A stretch of DNA of 54,906 bases, the filler included, from Sphacelaria rigidula (lineage: Eukaryota), in NCBI GenBank assembly GCA_964200075.2. It is 5 parts of 5 records of this genome, joined end to end, with 100 filler letters (N's around TTAATTAATTAA, not from the genome) between each part and the next. Parts side by side here need not be neighbours in the genome. Positions count along the whole stretch, not along the records: positions 33,007 to 43,906 come from CAXNAA020005713.1; positions 44,007 to 54,906 come from CAXNAA020005714.1; 3 more parts are not named here. One strand, 5' to 3'. Below, piece after piece: positions 39,328 through 51,879 of this stretch. Made by a program: the position numbers and the translations under genes. The notes under the pieces are model-generated. The model searched no databases. It had not been told where the DNA came from and was given only the letters and a program-made list of their open reading frames with translations. The stretch's first letter is position 1, and the number at the start of each line of letters is the position of its first letter.

Positions 39328-42300
39328 TCACACGGACACAGCGGGTGCCCCAGAGGCCACCGCAACGTCATCAACCTCCCCGCTGAGGGCCGCGGCCCAC
39401 GCAGATTGAGGAGCAGACAGCCCGCTACTGAATACCAACCCTCTCCCGACTCGCACGGCCGCGTCCACCCCACCCAATACCTCTGCGTCATCGAGGGCAA
39501 AGACAGCCGCGTTGGTAGTAGCGGTGGTCTCAAGGCTACTCTCGCGGGAATGCGCGGAGCTGGCGGCCGATACGACCGCCGTCTTCGTGTTGTCCACAAT
39601 CACGTCGTCATTTTCCAAGCTCCCAACACCAATCGTAGAGGCCGTGAAAGCCGATATGTTCCCGGCCGAGATGGATCGGGAGCAGGACGCAGGCCCAGCC
39701 GCCGCGGGAGAACTGCTCCCGGAATCTCCAGATCGTTCCACACGTTTTTCCACGGAAATATCCACGCTGGAGGGACGGCGTCCGGGAGGGGAGATGGCAC
39801 CCCGAAGGAACGCAGCGCCGGTACCGGAAGTACCGACGCCGTTGGAGAGTGCTGAAAAAGAAGGCGTGGAGATGATGAAGTCCGGGGAGCGGCGGACTTC
39901 CGGTGAAGACCCGGACACGCTTCCCGTGGCGCTTCCGCTCGCGCTGGTGCCAGTTGTCATTCCGCTCATTGGCTTGGCTAGCACATTCATCATCTTGAGG
40001 CGGGGGCCCTTGAGTTGTAAAAACAGAGACAGCGGCGCGACGGGAACAGCCGTAGTACATCATGCCAAGTTAGTTTCCGCCAGACTCAGCGGAGCACTGG
40101 CCAGGAATGTGTAAATATTGCCAGGTTTTGTGATTTGGGTACAGTGGCCCATTAGGCTCTACACGTTGAGGTGGAAATCAGCGTATACTTTCCTTCACGA
40201 AAGCGTATACCAGTGCCCAGTACCCGATGCCACCACTGCCCAAGAAACAGAGACAAGAGTAGCCTGGACCAGTGTGTTGTGATCAAACCAAGGTGGCACT
40301 CAAGGAACGTGAAGACGAACAAGTATACTCAGACATGGGTCATTTCCAGGTTAAGGGCGGAGTCGTAGAGTAACCTGCAACTTTGGAGCTGTGCCCAACG
40401 CTATCTCAGTTGTCATCTTCCATTTTTGTCTTATTATTATTATATCCGCACATTGGTCCGATCTCTCAAACCCGCCTACTCAAAACTTGAGTATTGACGC
40501 CATACCCAAGTGATACTCTATACTCAAGTATCACCGAGAGTGCTTACTAAATACTCGAGTCAAGTATTGGAGGTCGTACTCAATCCACTCCATCTTCGAG
40601 TAGAGTATTTGAGGCCGTACTCAACCTACTAAGAATTCGAGGAGAGTATTTGAGGTCGTACTCGACCTCCTCAAAATCTGAGTTTCGTAAAAACTCGGGT
40701 ATTTACTCGCGTATTTTACTCGAGTACTCAGAAGTTTGATCTCTACTCGACCTGCCCTTGGGGTTTTCCGAACAGGGTTCTGACGCTGAAAAGTTCATGC
40801 TGAAAAATACATCAGTGTAGAATCTATACCGTCACCGGCTATTTTTCATCTTGTTTTTATCCTAAAAGGCGAAAATATCTTTTTCCGAATCTCCGAATGC
40901 CCTGCCACAGGTACGTCAATCTTGTTATCACGGCTGGATTCGTCGTGGGTCGGCTAATAAACGACGATATTTCTACACCGCCAGATATGGGACACGTAAC
41001 GTATTGGGGGCCTGCACTATTCATTTTGTAATTTGTTCGTAACAGATCTTAATTGGAGATTTTGCAAGGCTTTTTCACTTGCCACCGCCCATCATGCCGG
41101 GGATCTGAATATATTTGAATCCGCTCCAAATTCCAAAAAAAACATCTGTATTCAATGGTGACTTACGGGCTGACCGGTTATGGGGGTCCTGCCACGTTAT
41201 AGCCAAGATTCTGACTCTTCGGCAGTTTCGGTATATCGAGCCTGTCCCTATCGTATTTATCAAAAAATGTACAGCTTTGATTTTTTAATTTTACCTAACT
41301 CATTGCACAAACGAGTCTACACCGATAGATATCGATAGGGTGATGAGCACCTTCGCAGCCAACATTCCGCCCTTCAATCATGTGCTGACTGTTTCCACGA
41401 CTTTCGACCCGATATACTATACGTTCACTCGTAATTCAACGCGCTGTGACTCGCAACATATTTTTGTTACCTTAGCGACGCCCAGGTTTGCATAGTCCGA
41501 CTCCTCCATAACGTCGATGGCACACATGTCCACCTCGCCTTCCTCGAAGGTCTTGCAGTAACGCTCCAAGCCGAGGGACGTCAAGAAGTTCTTCATGGTG
41601 CTGATGCTCCCGGACTTGGGTGGATAGCGTTTCGTGCGGAGAGCGTACAGTAGCTTGACGCGCGGGCCGTCGGGAATACCTGCGGCGGATTCATACGCAA
41701 GAAGCGGGGGCGAGGGGAAAATACAATGAACGAAATGTCACAGCAACCCGTAGGGATGACGGGCGGGGCCGATGGACAACCCAGAGTTTAGGGAACGAAA
41801 TAATTGTTTGCTATTTCGCATCGTTTCAAGCGTATCGTAATTGCCACTATGGTGGTGAAAAAGAGTGCAAAAGGGCAGCCGATGCACATATCCCTTTTTG
41901 GGCTTTTACCAGCGTACAAGAGTGACGACACGACAGCAAAGAAGAGCTATAATAGAACACAACGCCCCTGCTGGGGCGATCGGCCCTGACTTCGAAAAAT
42001 GCAAATGAAGGAGCCATGAGCAGAAGTGTCTTCTTTCCCTCCTTCCCGCCCCGTATCGAGGGGGGAAAGTGGGGAGAAATATTTCCACCAAGCGCACCGA
42101 TGTCCTGGAAGTCGGAGTCGGCCATGAGCTGAACAGCCTCCAGATCGATTTCGTTCTCACGCAACATCTCCGTGTACTTCGCCAGTCCCATGTTGCCGAG
42201 GAACGCGGCCAAATCAGCTGGCTTACCCACAGGGGACCCCGCGCGCTCTCGCTGCCTGTTAGCCTTCCCGAGGCTCTGACCCTGCACAGCCCAAGTACGG

Positions 42301-43499
42301 CAAGGAGACACGGTAAACGATTGGATGTGTATCATTGGGGCTACCGAGGGGCTTGTGAGGTGAGCCAGTTTCGACGCTAGTGAGTACAGAGAAAAATGGC
42401 GTACAGAGAAAGATTACAGCAGGGATGAGATAAGCACGTCATCACATGGCGGTAAGATAATAATATATATATATACTCAGTACTCCACAAAACGTCCTCG
42501 TCAACGCGCCGGCTATCCGACTCTCGTCTCAACTCGTACACGCGTCGGTCGGGGTGGTGGTGGGGCATACTCCATTGTTGCTCGCCTCAGAAATTCGAGA
42601 GTTGACCACACAATCCTGTCGACACGGAGCATCGTTCCTACTCCTCATTTAAACACTTCCAACATGTTGACGCTCGCAAGGTTGTACAACCACTAACCCT
42701 TCCCGCACATTTGGCACGCACAAAACTTCCGAGGACCAGACAGCAGCCAAACAAGCATGGCACAAGTAAGAGGGCGAGAAGCACAAACATCTCGTCCTGT
42801 TGACAAAACTCTTCAGGGGACACCAGAACTTTCACAACTTACCCCGTTCGATGATTCGTCCGACACAATCGACAGCCGGGCTACCGCCGCCGCCACAGCG
42901 CCGACACCGTGCGACATGACCCCCCCTACCCCTCCAGACGCCGGACTACCAACAGCTTTGCTGCTCGTGCCAACTCCACCCAACAGGCTGCCAATACTCG
43001 CAGGCAGACCGTTGACAGCGGATGTCCTCCCATTGTGTGGAGGCGCGGTGTCATCACTACTAATACTACCAGGCCCAGACCCCCCTTCTCGGCTGCCACC
43101 ACCTCCGTACAGGGAAACCCTCGAGACGTCGTCGGTGCCCTCGGCTGAGGACATCGAGAGCCCCCTCGGACCAAGCTGGGGAAGGGGGGGCTGCGTTGTT
43201 GCAGCGAGGTGTTGCTGGGTAGGAGACGATTCCTGAGAGTGGGACTGCTGTTGGTGGTGGTGCTCCAGACTACCGTTCCTCTGCTGGTGATGTTGCCATT
43301 GTTGTTGCTGCTGTTGCTGTCGAGAGTTCTGGCTGGACTGTGACGCATCTTTCGGGCTGATGTTGAACGAAGAAGCGCTGAACACTGACCAATCCGTGTC
43401 TTTGCCACCCGACCCGCTCGTTGGGTCATGGGGGTAAGCGATCTCAGCGGGCTGGCCGCCGCTGCCACTGCCTGCTGCTATTGCTGCTCCGGCCGCCAT
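39328..43499 (-). CDS. Protein with two tandem SAM (sterile alpha motif) domains and low-complexity Q/H/S/G arms; exons 43499-42843, 42281-42098, 41679-41471, 40008-39328
   Basis: In-phase GT-AG splicing gives DLAAFLGNMGLAKYTEMLRENEIDLEAVQLMADSDFQDIGIPDGPRVKLL and MKNFLTSLGLERYCKTFEEGEVDMCAIDVMEESDYANLGVAKGPRLKMM, both fitting the SAM consensus. The TGA stop is at 39328-39330. Upstream exons may be missing. Confidence 0.88.
40352..40759. mobile_element. Intronic MITE-like element with GAGTATTTGAGGTCGTACTC subrepeats
   Basis: Imperfect TIR AAGGGCGGAGTCGTAGAG / CTCTACTCGACCTGCCCTT and three ~42-bp internal units at 40560-40680. No clear TSD. Confidence 0.55.
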
Positions 43500-44560
43500 C
43501 TGCCGAACAAGATAACAATCGATGGCAGCACGTTTCCAGCGTGACGGTGTCATCGCCAAGGATCGACGCGCGGCATTGTGAGCCAGAGGCAGACAACGGA
43601 GGCGAACCATCTACACATGCACAATTTGGCGCCTGGTTGGTGCAGTAGTTGAAGCTAGCGTCCAACTTTATCATCCCATCGGCCTGGCTTTCACATACTT
43701 CGAAGGGATACATTTTCATATAATGGGTGGGGGCGGGGGTGAGGGGGTACTCATTTGATGCTTGCCTTCGTCGTTTGACCACTGACCACGCATCTCTTTC
43801 AAGACGGAGCACCGGGGGGAGGGGGGGGGGGGGGGGCCAGTATCTGGTGTTTCCCCGCCCGGGTTTCCGACGGGAGGGGGAAATTCCCGGGGCGGACAAC
43901 TCCGTCNNNNNNNNNNNNNNNNNNNNNNNNNNNNNNNNNNNNNNNNNNNNTTAATTAATTAANNNNNNNNNNNNNNNNNNNNNNNNNNNNNNNNNNNNNN
44001 NNNNNNTGACCATTGACCACGCATCCCTTTCGAGACGGAGCAAGGGGGGAGGGGGGGGATGGGGGGGCAAGAGCAAAGAACAACACCATGCATCCCCATG
44101 TTAATAAGACATACTGCAGTCGACCCTAAACTAAGAATAATATAATGGATCGGCCCACTAACATGGTCCTTATCATGTTACATATCAACGCTTTTCAAAG
44201 GCAGCAGGGAATAGGTTGTGGGGGGTTTACGTGGTTCGATATGTGAACGTCTGGATTTCTGGCGTGGTGGCGTACTGCAAAATTGCTTGAGTTACGACAA
44301 TGCCCTGGAGGCAGTCGCAGTTAGGACACAAGTGTCGTCCAGAGGCTTGATGTAGTGCGAACTCTAGAGGTAAATATACACACTATACTTTTTCCATTTC
44401 TCCTCAGGGGCACCCTCAGTAAAAATACGTGTTCAAGGGGATCATGTGTCTTTTATCGGCTTCATGCCCCGTCCACTCCAGAGGCATTGCAACCCACTAG
44501 AGAGTACTTTATTCGGAGGGCCATTTTGCTCTTTGGAGGGAAGAACACACGATAGCGGGA

Positions 44561-44788
44561 GTGCAAGGAGGAGCCGATTGGACGCGTGTGAGTCCGTACT
44601 ATTGGAACGTTTCGAGTAATGATCCCGGCTTGTTTTTCGCGACCGAGGAGGACGCGGCGAGAGGGACCAAGGGTGTGCCCGCAGATGCGCCTTGCATCGC
44701 CGCGGCGGTTGATATTGCCATGCCGACGGCGGGGGATGGGATAGGAGAGCTGGACGCTGCGAAGGCCTCTGGTGGTGGCGGGGCATAA
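44561..44788 (+). CDS. Possible terminal exon of an unknown gene
   Basis: GC-rich, Ala/Gly/Asp-rich open frame ending in TAA. No domain recognised. Confidence 0.25.
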   Translation: MQGGADWTRVSPYYWNVSSNDPGLFFATEEDAARGTKGVPADAPCIAAAVDIAMPTAGDGIGELDAAKASGGGGA

Positions 44789-44979
44789 TGGGGACAGGGT
44801 AGACTAGCTGATGGACAGTGGGAGACGTATCGCACCAGCGCAACGGCACCTATACAGACGAAACGGGAAGAGGCCTCGCGGGAAATGGGCAGGGAGAGGA
44901 TGGCTTTACACGCTAGCGTTAAGCCTGGTCAAGATTGTTTCAGAAAGTAAATGAACGGCAATGCATGATTTCAAGTTAG

Positions 44980-47900
44980 CGTAGGTGTTGAAAACGCACG
45001 GAACACCCGCGGTAATAATCGATCCAGTTACTGCTCACAGATTATGCACGGCAAAGTATATGCACTACAACAGTGAGCAGTACTTCGTGAGGGAGATGTT
45101 GGACAAATACCGGCTGTCCCTTGCATCAAGGGCTGCTGCGGTCCGTGGGGACAGTTGCGGTTTTCACCCCACGGTGGCTGTTGCTGGGGGCAACGTACCC
45201 GTGTGTGCCATAGTCCCTACCTCGCGTGGCGATAGAAAATTCCCCCGGTAATATGTCACGCGTACAGGAGCACTGTAGGCCAAAAGCTGGCTCCCCAAAG
45301 GTGCCTAACATTGTGGAAAGGGTTGATATTGTCGGATACGATGCAGATATGATAACCCTTCGCCCTTACAAGGCTCGTAGAATCGAATTACTACAGGCAG
45401 TCAGTACATGCAGCAACGAAATTGCAGTAATATTCCGGGCTGAACCTACTGCATACTACTGTCGTTGGTCGAAAGCTGTTCTCAGGCAAGACCTTTCTGC
45501 TCAGCGTTTAACGGCGCGGGTCACGCATGCAATGGCAGGTGGTGAATCATAGGACACCCCTGTTCCTAACCGTATCCCGCCTCAGCGTACGATGATTCTC
45601 CTAGCACAACCATGTTTTGCGACAGACAGACACACACGCACACACACCATGCGACCGGTTGCAGCAAAGAAGCTCAATTACAGGATGTCAGTCCCCATTT
45701 CGGTCACGCCAGCAAGAGTTGAGCCACCCGCACGAGGTATGTCTTTTCGCTCCATATACCACGAACGCTTTGACGAGCATTTGATCTCTCATGCATCCAT
45801 CCCCCCAACTGGGATGTGGCAGACTGTTGTCCTTGTTTTGCAGACAGCGGGTGAAATCAACGACCACAAAACACCCCCCAGTTTCCGGTTATCAGATCTT
45901 GCCCCAAGGGCGTAACCGTCTTCGCTCGCATGTGTGTGTGAGAACAGTAGCGGTGGCGGGAACATCGCCCTGCTTTTCGACAGAGAGGCAGAGAGAAATC
46001 GATATTTGCATTGGTCAGCGCCATAGACAGGAGATGAGAACCGCGGAGCATGCGGCGATCTTGTTTCCGGTCGGCTATGCTGTGAATACCCCGCCTGCCG
46101 ACACATGGCAACCTAGATGTGCCCACTTATTTACTCGTTTTCGAACGTCCGATGGTTGACGCACATTTTTTGGTGGGGCAACCTGAGGGCAATCACTGCA
46201 AACAATAAAGCCACGTTAAGACACATCGCTTCAGCCTCAGCCATGAAGTTTTCAGCTTCATTATCTCGAAGTGTTTGCGTCCTGATCCTTTGAAACGAGT
46301 TGACTTTTTTGTAATGGCAGGAACCTGTTGGTGGCGGTTTAGTGGAAGAATCAAGATACCCGACTTCTTGCTCGATTGCGCTGAGAACTGGTAGGTTTGT
46401 CGCTAAGATCAGTCAAGGCGAGAACAACGAATACACACTTATCTTGGATTCCCTATTTGAGGTTCGAAATAGGACGCGGATTTTCCCGGAGAGGTGCGAA
46501 TCGACAATTTGAAGGTGGTCCTTGGTGAATGATGGTTTTTCAATCACCGTAGTTGAGGAACTTTCCCCCCTCGCCGTAAATTCACCGAGTCTCATTTCGG
46601 AAACATGAAGCGGGTATCATCGATGATGGTCTCCAAACAACTGTCGATGCGCACCTCTCGTTCGACTCTCAGGCCCCAACTCACAATCCTGGCGTGAGAC
46701 ATCTCAAGTAGTGCAATTCGTCCAATCGCTGGCAGCATCGTGGTCGGAGGCAAAAACCGCCAGCAACCCCAACAGTACACAAAATGGTAAACACAGATTT
46801 GCCTGTAAATCTCTCCGCAGACAGACACACCTGTGTGGCTTGTGTGCTTTGGACTCCATGAAAGACACGTGGCCACTTCCCTGGCATCGTGCTGGGAGAC
46901 ACTGCAATCGGTGACAGCTTCTCATACTGATGGGCATATGTAGGACTGTACTGCGCCGTGGCCGATATAGGATATGAGCCACACTGACTCCAAAACGCTG
47001 ATGTGAAGCGCCTAAAATGTAAGCTCGCTCGTGGGGGTTGTGAGAGCGGGCTCAAACCGAAGAATGTCGACGGTGTCGTGGTGGCGAAGTAGAACTTCTT
47101 GATGAAAACGCGACATGGCATGTAGATCATGGAGTAAGCAGTACGGCCGGGATCGGAATGAGCGAAGTGTTTGAAGTACAGGAAGAATTCAGGCGAGGTC
47201 TGGAGGTACTGAGGAGCCTGCGTCCCTGTTCGTTCAGCAAGACTGTGAAAGAATCAGGGCTGGAGTGGTTGCGAACACACGGTGTCTGCACAATGCTTGT
47301 AAACCTGAGCGACATCCGAGGAGTAACCAGGCTCACGAAAAGGGAGGCAACTACAGCCAAGAAGAAGGAACAAAGAACTCTCTCCAAGCAGCTTGAAACA
47401 GCCGCGGGTCGTACATTGGTTTTCTCCAAAATGGGTCTCCCGAATGAGTAGTCAGTGCGGCGTGCCCTTCTCTCCGCAAGGTATTTTTCACTGAACTCGC
47501 CGAAGTTGACCAATCACTCGGCAGCATGCGCTCTCAACCATTAGTCGTGTCTCAGTGAGAGCCTTGACGCGATTCTTGGTGTGATGGAAATTGCCTCCGT
47601 GTGGGTATCTGAGGCGAAGCATGTGCCGGGAATCATAAACGATGCGACCAATGGAATTTCGGGTTGGCCAATGGATTGTACCTCTTCTAACCTCCCCTTC
47701 CGCCGTCCCGATCCGATGGCACATGCTGCAGGTCCTCGGAACAAACGGGGCAGCATCTGTATTCATGCATTTTGGTCTCGGCTTCCTACGAACTGCCATT
47801 GCGCCGTTGTCTGCAAGCAATTTCCAGGGGTGTTTCGGACTGTGGATTCAGTTCCGGCGAGAGGTGAGCCAGCCAGGGCTTTCGACTAACGACGGTGAAG

Positions 47901-50900
47901 CGATACGAAATGTTTGGTCCGTACATGGGCTGTGCACGCGCAAAGAGAGGGCTGCAGTCGCACACCGTGGCAAGTCACTTGGCAGCAGTTGCAGACTTGT
48001 ATCGAGCTGCGAGATATGTCAAATTGGACACTCAGCATTTCTTCATTAAAATGATGTATGGGATTAAAGCGTATCCACGCTGTGATGGGAACACAGCAAG
48101 GGTTTCGGCGGCCGGTTCCTTAATCGGTGCGTTCGGATGGGGAATGGTAGTCGCCCGGGTGGGGCTTCGGAAGCTGCGTGTTGCGGTTGGAGTTACGTGG
48201 TTTATTTTTGTTTTTCGACGACATCATCAAGATGTTTCCTGTTCGCTTGAAAAGTGATGTGGAATTTTATCGGGGGGGGGGGGGCATCTAGTTGCTTCGA
48301 CATGATCGGGGTACGGGTAAATGGCGTCAAAGTACGTTTCCGGGCGTCCAAAGGGATCAAGTACGAGTCGGGGTGGTCGTGACACGACTTTTGTGCTTGG
48401 GACTACCCTTAACATTTCGAGACGGGGGCTGAGCGGTCGCGTTAATGCTCGAGCTTATGTCAGGTAATGAATCTCTCCCTGTCGATGCCCCGCTGACGGA
48501 TGAGACGACTCTGATATGTGGTGGGAGTCCTGCTTCAAAAGCAACCATTTGGCTGGCTTCCCGCGCGAAAATAAGTGGGTCCCTACCGTGTGGAGTGACC
48601 CGTGGGGCTTCTGCGTATAAACGAGAGTGTGTTTTGGACACTTCTACGGCGTACGAGTCTACCGTGTGGTGGACCTTAAATTTGAAATCCGCTTTGACCC
48701 GGCCAAGAATTGCTATACGATTTGGTGGAGAATCTAAGTTCGTGTAAGCATCTAGCCACCCATCTCAACTTGCTGGGGCTCGAGTAGTTACCTCACCTCC
48801 TTGTGCTCGAAGGGCTTCGAGATTTTCTTCTGTACGCAACTCCAAAGTACCGGTCACCAGATCCGTGTAAGCGTCGAGGGCTGTGTCCCTCAGGAAGAGC
48901 TGTGAGTGATTGATACATCTGAGATCGACGTTTTCCCGCGTGCACTGATCCTGCGAGTTAGTTTCAACGCATGAGCGGTACTGTTGTACTAAAGTGGGAA
49001 TGTCCTCGGTTGCTAGTCCTCTTAGAACCACACTAGGACCGAGATCGTTCGGCTTGAGCGTGTAACGCCGTGTATGTACTATGCTGTCAATAGTACTCGA
49101 TCGGGATTGGTTTTCATGCGAGGGGGTCTGATGTGATGGTCCTTGTGGTGAACGATTTCCGACAGGCATGTGAGGCTGTGTCTGAGGGTTATTCATCACT
49201 TGTTGATTCGTACGAGAAGAGTAGCCTACGTTGCTCAGGTGAACTTGGGCGGAAATCGGCGAGGCTTGAGAGTGTCTTCCGGGAGAATGATTTAGTGCAG
49301 TGAATTCAGTTACAGGCTGGTTCACGCAAAAGATCCAAAATTATGTCATCAGCGAATGCCTTCCGCGATACGCTCCCAATAGTCGCATACATGGTATCAT
49401 ACTGACTGCAATGAACAAACGGAGAGGGTGACAAAGCCGGATTTTTGTTCAAGGCTATAGCGGTGGGACTATGGACAAAAATGTCCCGACCAATCAGCGC
49501 CATTCAAACTCGTTTGAAATTGAAAACACGAATTCCAAGCCCAAGTTCCATCGAATCGCCACATGCTTCAAATCGTAGCAGACGCCATCACCTCGGGAAT
49601 CTAACGGGAGAGACAGATTTAAGTTCCAACGGGGTCGAATTATGCTCGAAACCGTAATGCTTCGGTGATGTGGAGTTTTGGCGTCGTTTGATTTCCACTC
49701 ATGATGCGGACGAAAGACGCAGGGAGCCTCGTGACGACTCTCCCTACATCTGTTATAGAAAAGCTCAGATCATCCTCAAACTTTGGCAGCTCCACAGGTA
49801 TTGATGCCCCAAATACAAAGATTGTATTCTTGGCATGTTCCCATTATAAAGACCCCCCGGAAGTCGGTACATAATGCTTCAAAAGAAAAAAAGAATGGCA
49901 TGATGCGTCCTGGGATAGTCCAAGAAACACATGTACCAAGTTTGGTCGAGAAAGTCGAAAATCTCTTGCTGGTTTTCTTGCCTTGACGAAACGTTCACCG
50001 AAAAGATACACGTTTCCTTACTAAAACCAAATACTTAGAAGTTTGCACGTTTCAAGCTCACGTCCTTGCACAAACGCGCAAACCTTCACGCAGGTATGAG
50101 GGGTTACTGTAGACCCTGAAACTTTGCACAAATGCGCTGGGGGTCAATACGCAAGTTTCGATCAACGAGGCTTTTCTACTTCTTGACCTTTTTTTAATCG
50201 TTTTTCGGGGGTCCGACGGGATCCAAGTCGTTTTTTCCGAAGTCGTCTCCATCCTGGAACCCCGGAAAACCGGGACCACGATCCTCTTTTCATTTTTATC
50301 GCATAAGCCCTGTCGCCTCAAAACCCAAGGAAGAGGCCCACAAAATTTCGTGGCCAAACTCGATTGCCTGATGCTTGAATTTTCATGTTCACATCAAAGA
50401 AGGTTCAAAAACGCCTAAAATCTAGAAGTTTGCGGTTTCACCGTGGCACGGCAAGGTCCATCGAACAAACGCAAAAATCTTCACGCCGTTTGGAGGAGTT
50501 AGATCCTGAACAATTGCACATATGTACTATGGGTAATGACGCAACTTTGGGTGAGCGAGGTTTTTTCGAGTTCTGTTTTTTTTGCCGTTTCACGGTGGTC
50601 CGACTGGATCGAAGTTTTCCCGAGAGAACCGGGACCCCCGAAAAACGGTTTAAAAAGTCAATAAGTAAAACAAACTCGACCTTCGAAAGTTGCGAAATGA
50701 CCCCAAGGCACCTTTGGGCAAACTTTCAGAGTCTGACTCCTTAAAATGGCGTGAAGTTTCCCGATGAGTGTTTTTTGGATATTTTCCGTGAACCAGCCTG
50801 GACTGCATTTTCATTAGTCGCCCGGAACAACCAAGGTGGCATGGTTGGTGCTGGTACCCTGCAAGAGCTTGGCGGTGTCGTGTCATTACTTGCACGATCA

Positions 50901-51660
50901 CCGTGACGTAGAGATCCCGGACAACCTCGAACTACTTCTACCTCTGGATTTGCCTGATCTGTTACCGCACTATTGTTCACCTGGTGTACTTGTTGGACCA
51001 CGTCGTGAGGAAAATCCAGCATCTCCAGTGCTCGCAAGGCCCATTCAGGAGGATCCTCCCCTATTTCCGAGTGCTGCTCTACGGTTTTCAGCGCGAGTTG
51101 AAGAGCTGCTTCCTTGATGTGTCCGGGGGATGAGTCCGAAAAAGTGACGACTCCGGGTGATGAAGACCTGCCGACGGTGTCCGAATCAGCATCCGCGGCG
51201 CTGACACTGCTTAAGTCTCCCTCGCGGAGATTTCTGAAGCGATTTCCGCTGTCGCTGCCGGAGGTTTGCCTCTGCTTGGATCGTTGGCTCTTTGCAGGGT
51301 CGGGTCTGGGGCTCTCCTTCGTTTTGCCCTTATCCGATTTTTTCTCCGAAGAGGATGAAGGAATCCCTTGGCGATTTCCAGGCTTGGAAGAGTGGGAGGC
51401 CCCGGCCGGAGCCGCTGGCTTTGCCTGAGCCACTGGCTTTGCTACTTGAGCAAAGGTGACGGCAGGAGACGGCGGGGAGGCGGAGGATGCTCCTGCTGAT
51501 TCGCAGCTGTTCCTGTTGTTCTCGCCACGATGGGATAGGTGGCACCGTATCTATCCTAACGAAAACAATATTTTGAGTGCCTCGCACACGTGTCCAATAC
51601 TTGTGTCGCCAATACGGAGGTCATGTGACCCCTCGTGGACGGTAGCAACCGTCGAAGGTG
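44980..51660 (-). mobile_element. Decayed large coding element, candidate CxC-KDZ (Kyakuja-Dileera-Zisupton-like) DNA transposon remnant
   Basis: Intron-less, coding-like minus strand broken by stops and frameshifts. In order: Cys-rich QVCNCCQVTCHG, QWQFV...YRCCPVCSED..DG, VFTILCTVGVAGGF, TIIDDT, KPSF..LQIVDSH, VNSFQRIRTQTL..ENFM. Confidence 0.45.
50000..50770. repeat. Non-coding insertion with a diverged ~390-bp-period direct repeat
   Basis: 50029-50195 aligns with 50418-50583 (TAGAAGTTTGC...CTTCACGC...TAGA(C/T)CCTGAA...TTGCACA...ACGCAA...CGAGG). It interrupts the coding-like element. Confidence 0.6.
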
Positions 51661-51879
51661 GCCGATAATTTTCGTCGTGTTATGTAGTCAAGAATTGACC
51701 GCAGTCGGGATAGATCGAAGAGCGCGAGCGAGTTAGTATGAACCCCACGGCTTGCCAACAGTTCGCTGGAAAGATCCCTGTTACCTTGGGATCTCAGATT
51801 CGGCTGTACAGATATTGGAGTTTCGGAACTCCCGCCAGGGGGAACTGCACCTGTAACGGCCGTTGACTAGGTTTAACGT

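Noticed and set aside
10904..44006. Regular ~11-kb periodicity of TTAATTAATTAA motifs
   Set aside because: These are artificial concatenation linkers, so any gene clustering across them is meaningless.
43747..44060. Apparent continuity between the end of contig 4 and the start of contig 5
   Set aside because: Both carry the same LINE 3' stub in G-tracts. This is a repeat-caused break, not evidence of adjacency.
46400..48100. Helitron or DIRS interpretation of the contig 5 element
   Set aside because: I found no HUH/Rep, helicase Walker A, RT YxDD or tyrosine recombinase motifs. The KDZ-like motif order fits better, though a Helitron is not fully excluded.
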